Below are positions 54,981 through 64,000 of a stretch of 64,000 nt of DNA, piece after piece (the stretch's first letter is position 1; each line of letters opens with the position of its first letter). The translations under genes were made by a program, and so were the position numbers. The notes beneath the pieces are model-generated. The model ran no database searches and was not told where the DNA came from. It saw only the letters and a program-made list of their open reading frames with translations. Source of the stretch: Diplonema japonicum (taxonomy: Eukaryota; Protista; Euglenozoa: Diplonemea); the NCBI GenBank assembly GCA_964019335.1, contig OZ025698.1:372001-436000 (forward strand). The letters are read 5' to 3'.

Positions 54981-57900
54981 ATGTCAACACCACGCCTCGA
55001 TGTTATTCTAAAAGACGAGGCGATCCTGCAGGCGTGCGGGGAGCGAGATGCGGACAACATTGTCATAGTTGAAATCGTGAAGAAGGGCGTGGAGCTACCG
55101 TACTTCGAAACGGAGCAGCTGGAAGAGTGCATGCGAAGGAAAAGCCGGGGAGGGAAGGAGAAAAAAAAAAGCAGACGCGACGAGGCCATCGACAAGGCCG
55201 AGGCATGGAGCGCAGCTGTGGTAATAAGCGAAACGACCGGAAAAGCCGCTAGGGAAATCGCCTTATCAAACACCTTCAAAATCGTCAAAACCACGACTGA
55301 GAAGGACGTTATCGCGACATTACACAACCTACCGAACGTCCTCAGCTTACCAAGGACATCTGCTGTCCTGTCTTGCGTGTTGTACGGGCTGATTTCATCT
55401 CAGAACCCAAAACCGAACCCTGTGAACACATACCCGTACTTCTCAACAACTTGTATGGCGTCCATCGCTGCATGGCAAAACTCAACAACAGAAGAAACTG
55501 GAGAGATCCCATTTGTGTTGATCGGCAAGCCCGAAACATTTTTAGACACATTTCCACGTTCGGCGAGGTTTGCTTCGACATCGACTCCACCGTCGCCTGT
55601 CGGTGTGCTGCATCTCAACGCCAGCGGCAACGAACATGCCGATATTTATTTCAGATACCTTCACAAACTGGGCTTACTGCACGAACTGGTGACGGACGAG
55701 GGGTGCTTCGACGTCGTAGCGGAACAAAACGTCAAAGAAGTACATTGCAACTTGTTAGAAACTCTTGAAAAAGGCGGGCCAACCACCATTTGCTCCGATG
55801 GGTTGACTGACGTCGTCATAGGTAGCGGGATGACTACAGTGACAGGAGTCGTGAGGTCCGCCAGGTTCACCGGCCCCATTGGGTTTATGACAGTCGTCGA
55901 GGGCGGCCACGGTTACAAGATACAGGTCATTGTGAAAATGGACGAACTGGCCGATGAAGGCAGCAAGATCGCTGTGAAGAAACTATCTCCCACCGACACA
56001 ACACGCATTACCGGAAAGATGTCGAGAAGCGATCGTGGCCGCACATGCATTGTGGCATCCACTGTGACCAGACAGTCGGTCCCGCGTTTTGTCCATGACA
56101 AGAACAACATGGTCTCCCTGCTCCCCTGCGATCTCCCGAACATAATCGCATACTGCAAACCGGCAGGACTTCTTGCCATACCAACCGCCACCATCAAGAG
56201 CAACGATCACCCAACAGCATTGTCTGTCGCTTCAAAGCTTTCTGGTGTCAAACTGTACCCGTTGTCGTCTCTGCCGAAGGACGTCAGCGGAGTGTGCTTG
56301 GCTTCAACAACACAACCACAGACCGGTGTCAACCCTGTGTCTGACCTACAGTTGGAGTACCTTCTGCTCGCGTCGAAGGAAGCAGACGACGCAGAGCTTC
56401 TGTACAGGTTCGATGAGGGTAACACGTCGCTTAAGATGCTTCGCACTACCTTTCATGACGATGCCGCCAAGATCGTAAAGCGACACGGTGTGGTTGATGG
56501 AACATGTGCGGGCGGGTTGGGCGTCTCAAAGGTCTTTACAAAACGCTATGGCGTCAAGAGAATCATGCTCCATCTATGGAGGGTCGGCAGCGTCGTCTGC
56601 AACGAGATGGGCACAATGTCCGGCGTGCTCGGATCCCTGCGATGCTTTGAAAGCACCTGTCTGTCCAAAAAAACACCTCTTCCATGCCATATTCGCTGTC
56701 TTGAAGGAATTGAAGCGATCGCAGAAGTCGTCGGCGACACCATGCACGCAGTTGCACACCAAGGAGGCTGTGCTTTCCTGTCGTCAATCATGTCACGAGA
56801 CCCCACTCTTCAAACCCGGGCTGGTACTACTGCATCGTTGCCCGATTTGCTTCACACCTATGCAAGCCACTTACTGACAATAACCCCTGTCGACGGAACC
56901 TTCAAACTGATGTTAAAATCGTCGGAGGGCCGAGACTTAAAGGCCTCGCTGGAAAAACCCCTTGCGGGCCTCATACATGAAAAGCTCGTTGCGAAATCCC
57001 CACAGGACCTCCCGGTTCCTTGGCTTGTCCAAATGATGGGGAGGAAGCTGAGGGAGTACATTCAATCCACCGGGAGGATCGAATTCGACAACACAGAATC
57101 AGCGAACATACTGGGAGACTTTATAAAGACAAGCGGTGACGTGAAGGAACATGGAATTGCGTGGGGGAAGCAAACCGAGTGCAGGACGGCTTCTCATGCA
57201 GAAGGCTGTGTATGCGAATGGACGGTTACGTTGGCTAAACCGGATAACGAAGCAAGCAAAGCCATCGCAATACCAACCCAGTTGAAACCTTTGCAAGCGC
57301 TCCTTCCAGGCGACATCGTTCTTGTGACGAAGGACGCGGGGAGGATAGTCGACATTTCGAAACTGGAGGTCCAGCTTCTCGGATGGGGACAGCCCGTGAG
57401 GATATCCCCCGGACTGTACAAGGTGAAGGATGTTCCTAACCCTTTCCCGCGAAGCTTTTCAACAAGTATTCGCTATGTGGTTGAGATTATCGCATCGGGG
57501 GATCAACACGAAGCAACGGGCAAGTTCATCAATCGCGTGAAGCAACTGAACGCATCAACGTACCACCTTCGACATGAAGTGCTCCACGGTGACGCTGAGC
57601 TGGGTACGCTGCCGTTTGTTTCGTACGATGCCGTTTCGGGTGTTGTGGGTGAAGTGTGTCGTACGCTTGGAACGCCTTCCGAACAGAGTGAATGTGGTCC
57701 CGTTGAGACAAACATCGCATTTTACCTACCAGAAACGGTGCTGTTCGCGAAACCTTTGACACAGAAGAACCGATTGACGGACAGGGTCGAGGAGTTTGTA
57801 AAGACATGGGAGATGAAACCGTTTTCATTCTCCGGGTCGATGGAGGCACCAGTCGCAGCAGTGATCGTTCGATGTGCGTTGCTAGCAGCGGGTTTTGAAG

Positions 57901-58346
57901 AGGAGGCGTGGAGCAACGTGAAAATCGTCGACGCCTGTGCTGGGTCGGGCACACTCTCTGCAGCGGCGTCTTTCATCTACGGGTGCACTGTGTACTCTAA
58001 CGAGCTCAGAGAAGACTTCGCAGAGAACGCACGGTGCAACCTCGCCCACCTTGGAGCCGACAGCATTACGCTTATTGCGCAGGATGCGACGGCCCCCTAC
58101 CCGGCATACTACACAGGCATCGATATCGTATTGTGCAACCCTCCATGGGGGGTGCGTTTCGGGAACTCTTCCGACTCCCTCCCTATCCTATCCTCGTTGT
58201 CGAGGTCCTTCCCTGATGCGCTGTACTGCTTTGTCGCACCGAAGGCGGCATTCGACCTTTTCCTATCCACCAACACGCCGAAAATCACACCGCTGCACAG
58301 AATGCAGTTTGGCGCTGTTGAGATTCTAATATGCAAAAAAGCTTGA
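54981..58346 (+). CDS. Multidomain RNA-modification-like protein: OB fold + degenerate RluA-type pseudouridine synthase + class I SAM methyltransferase (Trm11/UPF0020-like)
   Basis: OB-like VTGVVRSARFTGPIGFMTV...ITGKMSRSDRG; RluA-like AYCKPAGLL and SSLPKDVSGVCL; methyltransferase IVDACAGSGTL, DAT and DIVLCNPPWG. Confidence 0.65.
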   Translation: MSTPRLDVILKDEAILQACGERDADNIVIVEIVKKGVELPYFETEQLEECMRRKSRGGKEKKKSRRDEAIDKAEAWSAAVVISETTGKAAREIALSNTFKIVKTTTEKDVIATLHNLPNVLSLPRTSAVLSCVLYGLISSQNPKPNPVNTYPYFSTTCMASIAAWQNSTTEETGEIPFVLIGKPETFLDTFPRSARFASTSTPPSPVGVLHLNASGNEHADIYFRYLHKLGLLHELVTDEGCFDVVAEQNVKEVHCNLLETLEKGGPTTICSDGLTDVVIGSGMTTVTGVVRSARFTGPIGFMTVVEGGHGYKIQVIVKMDELADEGSKIAVKKLSPTDTTRITGKMSRSDRGRTCIVASTVTRQSVPRFVHDKNNMVSLLPCDLPNIIAYCKPAGLLAIPTATIKSNDHPTALSVASKLSGVKLYPLSSLPKDVSGVCLASTTQPQTGVNPVSDLQLEYLLLASKEADDAELLYRFDEGNTSLKMLRTTFHDDAAKIVKRHGVVDGTCAGGLGVSKVFTKRYGVKRIMLHLWRVGSVVCNEMGTMSGVLGSLRCFESTCLSKKTPLPCHIRCLEGIEAIAEVVGDTMHAVAHQGGCAFLSSIMSRDPTLQTRAGTTASLPDLLHTYASHLLTITPVDGTFKLMLKSSEGRDLKASLEKPLAGLIHEKLVAKSPQDLPVPWLVQMMGRKLREYIQSTGRIEFDNTESANILGDFIKTSGDVKEHGIAWGKQTECRTASHAEGCVCEWTVTLAKPDNEASKAIAIPTQLKPLQALLPGDIVLVTKDAGRIVDISKLEVQLLGWGQPVRISPGLYKVKDVPNPFPRSFSTSIRYVVEIIASGDQHEATGKFINRVKQLNASTYHLRHEVLHGDAELGTLPFVSYDAVSGVVGEVCRTLGTPSEQSECGPVETNIAFYLPETVLFAKPLTQKNRLTDRVEEFVKTWEMKPFSFSGSMEAPVAAVIVRCALLAAGFEEEAWSNVKIVDACAGSGTLSAAASFIYGCTVYSNELREDFAENARCNLAHLGADSITLIAQDATAPYPAYYTGIDIVLCNPPWGVRFGNSSDSLPILSSLSRSFPDALYCFVAPKAAFDLFLSTNTPKITPLHRMQFGAVEILICKKA

Positions 58347-58467
58347 ACTCGGGGGGGGGGGGGGGGGGGGGGAATGGAGTAACCATCAATTACTATTTTT
58401 TCTTCTTCTTCCCTCTTTTTTAAAAAGTCAGCACAGGGGAGGGGGGGGAGGGGCCACGATCCACAAT

Positions 58468-61400
58468 ATGAGCGGGGGGGATGCGGAGAACGAGGATATC
58501 CTTGCGCTGCTGAGGCCGTTGTTAATGGACGCCGGACAGCAGGAGGTGAGTTTGGAAGAAGAGGAAGCGATTGGAGAAGTGGAAGATGAGCTGATGTCAT
58601 TGTGCGACAAGCTGGAAGCTATTGAAGACGCCCACGGGAGGAACGCGAACGACTGGAACGAAGCGGCGGTCAAAGACGCAAAGGGCATCATGGTGGAGAT
58701 GTGCGGCGTTCTCAAATCCGAATCCATGGTCTTTGAAGAAAAGTTCGTGAGAGATTTCAACGGTGCCGCGGGGAAGCGGCTGCACCGTGTCAGGAAATAC
58801 TTTACCTCGCATCACCCTGACCGTATCGAAACTATCGTGGGAATGGGTCTCCTCCCAGGCGTGGACGTTATACTGTCATGCCTGGGGCTGTACTGCCTTC
58901 GGTCCATGTGGAGTTCGATGATGGACCCTGATTACCCAGGCACGAGGGATCCTTTAGGTCTGGGGTTTCTTCGCATCAATTTTGAGGATCTTGGTGTTGG
59001 GCGGAATGTAGAGAGGATCACAGAGCTGGCTACTAACCCTGTACAGCTGACGGGCCCCCCGGCCGTCCAGCGTGCCCTCGCAACATCTCTCCTCCGTGTG
59101 GCTATCCGTGATGTCGATGTCTGTTATGAATTTGTCGACAACCCCACCAATGCAAAGAACATGTTGGCACGTTTGTGGTCGTACTGGTTCGGTCCCTCGC
59201 GACCTTCTCCTCGCCGTCCTACGCGGCGGCCTAAAAGCGGCGAGACACCGTCGGCACCCACGACCCCTGTCACTCCCAAGGCGCCTGACAGCCGTGTGAC
59301 CCTCTCCCTCCGTCGCAGGGAAACCCGTCCTTCAACCCCCTCCAACCCACCGCCTCAACCTGCCCCGGAGCAAAAGCGGCCTGGCGATGAACCCGAAGCA
59401 CCCAAACCAAAACGGCGAGGTCTTGCAAACAGGCTCAAGTTGCTGCGGCCGACTGACCTTATCCATGAAAACACTCTGTTTCCCACGGGTTGCAACTCCA
59501 AGGCGCCGCCTGCCATTACGTTGTGCGCTCTCGACACGCACGCACTGGTGCAGCTGCTTGGCGGTTGCGCCACGTGCCAAGAGATACTGGCACCTGCCCT
59601 GCAGGGTGGTCTTCTTGACGTGCTGTTGCAGATCTTGGACCCGACGCACCGCAGCATGCACAGCCACGAGCTAGTCGTCGGGTGCTACAATTTACTTGCC
59701 GCGCTGTTGACGCACAAAAAGTTCGCATTGTTGTTCGTAGATACTAACGGAGTGGAGCAGCTGCTCGAGGACTCCGTGCAGACGGTCGAGGCGGGACTGG
59801 CCCCCATTGCGCAGGGGCAGTGTGGGACATTGCTGACGTTCAGCAAGATGACGCCTGTAGTGGAGAGGTTTGCATCGTCACGATCGGCGTCCATCCCCGA
59901 CGTCATCACTTTCTGCGTTAGTCTCCTCAATTGGAGCAACAACGAACTCAAGAGAGAAGCTTCTCTGGTGCTGGTGCAGCTTCTATCTCTCCCTTCGATG
60001 CTGCACGCCTTTGACGCCAACCCGCACTCCCTAGCAACGATGGTGAACGCATTGGACAATGCGTCCAAGACCACAGACTGCTCGACAGGGTTGGAATCCG
60101 GTCTTTGCTTGGCACTTGAAGCGTACCTGGGCTCACATCTACTACTGTCTACGTCAGGGCTGTGGCCGTCGTCACGAAGATTTGGGAAGAGTATGAGCCG
60201 TGCGGTGTTCAAGGCGCTGCCTAGCAATGCGATCGACAGTTTGGTGTGTCACTTGGAACAGCCTGTAAACGTGGTAGAGAAGCAGTCCAGCACAGGACCT
60301 GAGAAGAAGGCGCAGCCGCATGTCGCTGCGCCTGGCGGCGTGTCTGGGATGACTCTGCTCACGAGAAGCAGGTACCCAACCGCGTCACGCGTTGCAGAGC
60401 TTGGGACCATTCAAGTGTTGCTGAGGCTTCTCCGTGCTGCGTACCGATGGATGAACCTCACGACCATCGACGCCGTGCTCGCTGTCCTGGTGCTGCTCTC
60501 CACCATTCCGTACCTTCACCACACGATCGCTTCCTCCCACATCGAAGAGATCAGCGTGACGTGTGGTTTGGGGCTTCTTCTGGAAGTGGCTAGCGAGACG
60601 TACGAAAACGAGGGTTACCCGCCACCAAAATACCTGAACCTCAAGGCGCTTCGCTGTATCAGGAACTTGGTGACACCGCCGAGCTACGAAGAGCCGCTTC
60701 ACGTGTACAATGAGATCTGGCAGCTGTTCAGGGCTAACTACGGTGTGAAGGTGGTATTAGCTGCCTTGCACGAAAAGAGCACTGCCGACGGCGACGCCAT
60801 TCGATGGCAGGCGTCGAGAATTCTGCTGGCGATGTGCGTGCACCCTGTTTTGAAGGGAATGCTGTCGAAACTCGAGGTCCCTAAAATGCTTGTCAATCTG
60901 CTGCATGAAGGACCGCTGTCGGAAACCGGCCATTTCCCGCACTTTAAAAAAGCATGCCAACTGACGGTGGGCTGCCTGACAGATGCTGGAGGCGGCGCTG
61001 ATGCCGCATGGACACTGGACATGGACCACGCACTACAGAGGTTGGAAAAGAACGTTGTGGTCCAGAACACGGACATTGAGTTCTACAAGAGTGAGATGAT
61101 GCAGATAGTGCATGCTTATCTGAAGTCGGAAGGGATGGATAAGGCAGCCGCGGTTTTGAAAAAGGAGACCGGTCTGCAGCTTCCGAAGAAAGGGAGCACG
61201 CTACGTCCGTTGTGCGAGCTCAGCGACATCGTGAAGTCGTTCTTGAGGCAGCAGACGTTGAACGCATGCTCTAACCCTATCAGCACGCTCCCGACATTCT
61301 CATTGCGGAAGGGAACACAGCCGGCTCTACGTGCCGCGAACGAAAAACCGTCATCGAGCAGCAACGTTGCCGTCCGTATCAGGCAGAGAATGCTGGGAAA

Positions 61401-62641
61401 CCGTACAAAACTGCACTCTTCGTACGATAGGAAACTGGTGTACTCCAGACTGAAGAGCCAGCTCTTAACAAGAGGTGATGCTTACTCCGCAACCATTTCG
61501 CTGGGTTTCTCCAGAGACGGTACCTCTGCACTCGTTGGAACAAACACAGGAGTTGTTGTAGAACATTTCATCACACCGCCTTATGACAAGGATCCTGTTG
61601 ACTACGAGCTGTTTACGGAGCCTGTTGTGGGGATACGGCCGTCGTTGCTTCACGATTTGTATGCGTTTTGGATGGACGACAAGGTAGCGGTGCACGATGC
61701 GAAAGATATCTCTGCGATGAGGGTGGAGCTCCCGGGGTACCGTTCCGCCGTGTTCGGGAACTGGAACCCGAAGATCGTTCTTGCCACGAAGTCGGGGGCG
61801 GCGACAGCAGCACTTGTTGACCTAGAAACCAAGCGGCTCGTCATGGAGTGGCGTGACATGGACAGGCGTGTGGACAACGAGCTCAACCTCGCATGCACCA
61901 ACAGCGACGACAGTATAGTTCTGTCAGATGCTGTTCTTTACGATATCCGGCAGTCCGCCGACAGGGCGATCCACCGCTATGACAAGCTCACCCAACACTC
62001 CCGTGGTATCATCTCCGCCTCGCAGCATCAGGTTATCATTGACAAAGAGGTTTGTTTTTTTTTTTTTTTTGGGGGAAAAAAAAAAAAAAAAAGGTCTGGG
62101 ATACACGGACGCACCGCCTCTTGTGCACCATCCCGTCACTGGCGTCCAGTGTGATGCAGCCGTGTTGGAAGGGGCATGTTATTTACGGTATGGATTGGAA
62201 GAAGAAGGAAAAAGTTTTTTTTAAAAGGTATAAAGCATCGAATAGAAAGTGAGGTCGAAGCAGTTAAGCACACCACGTATGTGAAGGAATAAAAATAACA
62301 ACACCTTTTTCCCCTTTCTCAGGTTCACGGTTGTTGATGGTGTGAGTTTTGACCACATCACCACTCAGAACCAATATGACCAAGTTGAAGATTTCGCCTC
62401 AGACCCTACAGGGGCTTTCATCGGCTGCTCGCTGGTCAGCGACGGTGAGTCTCAAGTAAAGCTCTATCATGTTGGCCGCACCACGAACAGCGACGACAGC
62501 GAAACAGACGACCAGGAGACCCACTCAGATGACGCAGGCAATGGTAACGACACAGGTACTGATGACCAGGAGGAAGATGAGGAAGACTGGACAGGCACCG
62601 CAGATTCTGATAGCGGTGAGATGATCCAAGAATGGGACTAG
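58468..62641 (+). CDS. DCAF1: DCAF1/VprBP homolog (ARM-like, LisH, WD40, acidic tail). Introns 62050-62093, 62188-62227 and 62277-62322
   Basis: HKKFALLFVD, ANYGVKVVL, DAIRWQASRIL, LisH IVHAYLKSEGMDKAAAVLKKE, CSNPISTLPTFSL, DRKLVYSR, IHRYDK, spliced EVWDTRTHRLL and a D/E-rich C-terminus. Confidence 0.88.
62050..62093 (+). other. 44-nt hairpin-type GT-AG intron (T-run, GGGGG, A-run)
   Basis: Removal gives DKE|VWDTRT, matching the DCAF1 WD40 EVWD motif. Confidence 0.85.
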
Positions 62642-62967
62642 AAAAACAAAAAAAAAAACAAAAAGAAGAAGAAAAAAAACAACATTAAAAACGAAAAGAA
62701 GAAGGAAGAAAAAAAGATCAGTTTACAGTTCACCTTTATTATTTTATTTTTTTTTTAAATGTTGGACCCCCTGTTTTCGCAGCCGTGACAATGCGTTGTA
62801 GTGGGAATCTTCCCTTTTGTCGGTCCTACCAAGCAGTTTTCCATTTTTTTTTTCTTTCCCCGGAGTTAGAAAGAAAAAAGAAGGGGAAAAAAAAAAGAGA
62901 CGAAAGCAGTTTTTTTTTTTTTTTTTTTTTTTTTAGAAGAAACTTAAAGACATTCTGAGGCGGAGAA

Positions 62968-63607
62968 ATGAAGAGAAATGCACCGTCTGTGCAGCTAGCC
63001 GTGAGCCTTCCCTCCTCGGAGTGGGTGACTGTTGACGCAGAGGCAACAGAAAGCATGAAGGAGGTGAAGGGGAGAATCGCGTCGTTGGCCAAACTCGGCA
63101 AGAACGCCTTCGTCCTCACTTTCGATGGGGAGGAGGTGGGGGATGACAGTGACGGGAGGGCAGTTGGGGACCTTCCCTTCGAGGACCAGAGCACGCTTAA
63201 GGTAGTCTACAACAAGAAACATGAGATTCTCATGAAACTAGACGAAATGGGGTACAAGGAAGGAATGGCACGAGTGATAAAGGTGCTGAGCCCAAAATCT
63301 AAGAGGCCTTGGAGGTCCTTTGATAAGCAGATGTGCGAGATTCTGGGCTTGATGGCCGACGCTGGGCTTTGCGAAGACCTGGAGGAAGTCAGCACAGTGC
63401 TTTTTCTCTTGGCGGAAAAACACCAGCTTCTTCTTAACAGTGCGGAGCTCCTCCTCACCCGTACTGGGGTTGACATCAACGGGGAGAATGCCCATCAGCA
63501 GACGCCACTTTACGTGGCTGTAGCCGCAACAGGCTCCTACGGGGAAATGGCAGACCTGTTCGTGAGGCACGGCGCTGATGCAGATTGTTTAAATTCAGAT
63601 TGTTCAG

Positions 63608-63641
<34 letters not shown>

Positions 63642-63642
63642 G
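62968..63642 (+). CDS. Ubiquitin-like domain + ankyrin-repeat protein (3' end runs into an A tract)
   Basis: Ubl-like ESMKEVKGRIASL...LTFDGEEV...LPFEDQSTLKV; ankyrin GVDINGENAHQQTPLYVAV...LFVRHGAD. Confidence 0.65.
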
Positions 63643-63756
63643 CATGATATAAAAAAAAAAAAATAAATCGTTCTTGTGTGGTGGGATGAAAATCTATGGA
63701 GACATCATGCGTTCATCCAAAGTCGTGACAGGTTTATAAAAAAAAAAAAAAAAAAA

Positions 63757-64000
63757 ATGGATTTGGCCAACCGAAAGAACTCTGTACAAGTGGTGCGGGA
63801 AGCGAACAGGGCGCACAAATGGGAACACGGCTCAGTGTGGAAACGATGCTGTAAGAAGGTTGCTTACAGCTTCCCTCCGCCGCCACAAGAGTCGAGGTCA
63901 TGGGAAGATGTGAACAGGCTCCCCCAGAGGGACCACGACAGGCAGTTCACACACGCTGAACTACCGAATGTTCACTACAAATCTAACAAGGGTCACAAAA
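63757..64000 (+). CDS. Orphan small basic protein family copy 3 (runs off the window end)
   Basis: My translation: MDLANRKNSVQVVREANRAHKWEHGSVWKRCC...SRSWEDVNRLPQRDHDRQFTH. Absent from the ORF track because there is no stop in the window. Confidence 0.7.
   Translation, partial: MDLANRKNSVQVVREANRAHKWEHGSVWKRCCKKVAYSFPPPPQESRSWEDVNRLPQRDHDRQFTHAELPNVHYKSNKGHK

Overview
Eukaryotic, protist-like genomic DNA with long A/T/C/G homopolymer spacers and about 25 supportable genes, all on the + strand. This one-directional layout and the domain repertoire suggest a euglenozoan, possibly a diplonemid; that assignment is inference. The main feature is a cluster of three multi-domain group I truncated-haemoglobin genes (10, 7 and 3 globin domains, 20 in total). 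The largest has an N-terminal RIIa/Dpy-30-type docking domain, most domains have Met at the distal E10 position, and all end in LCK. The next gene is a low-MW thioredoxin reductase fused to a CPYC glutaredoxin, with a hydrophobic N-terminus. Also present: DDX51, a C5orf34-like protein, a biotin carboxylase-BCCP subunit, a 2014-aa beta-helix protein, two paralogous NEK-like kinases, a MAPK-like kinase with SHY in place of TxY, a CLPTM1-family protein, a GT15-like glycosyltransferase, an OB/RluA-like/methyltransferase fusion, DCAF1 and a three-copy orphan small-protein family. Nine tiny GT-AG introns (36-56 nt), mostly A-rich rather than pyrimidine-rich, are inferred. Mobile elements are three copies of a non-LTR retrotransposon family abutting poly(T) tracts and remnants of a Crypton-like tyrosine-recombinase element. 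All calls come from reading motifs by eye; no database searches were run.
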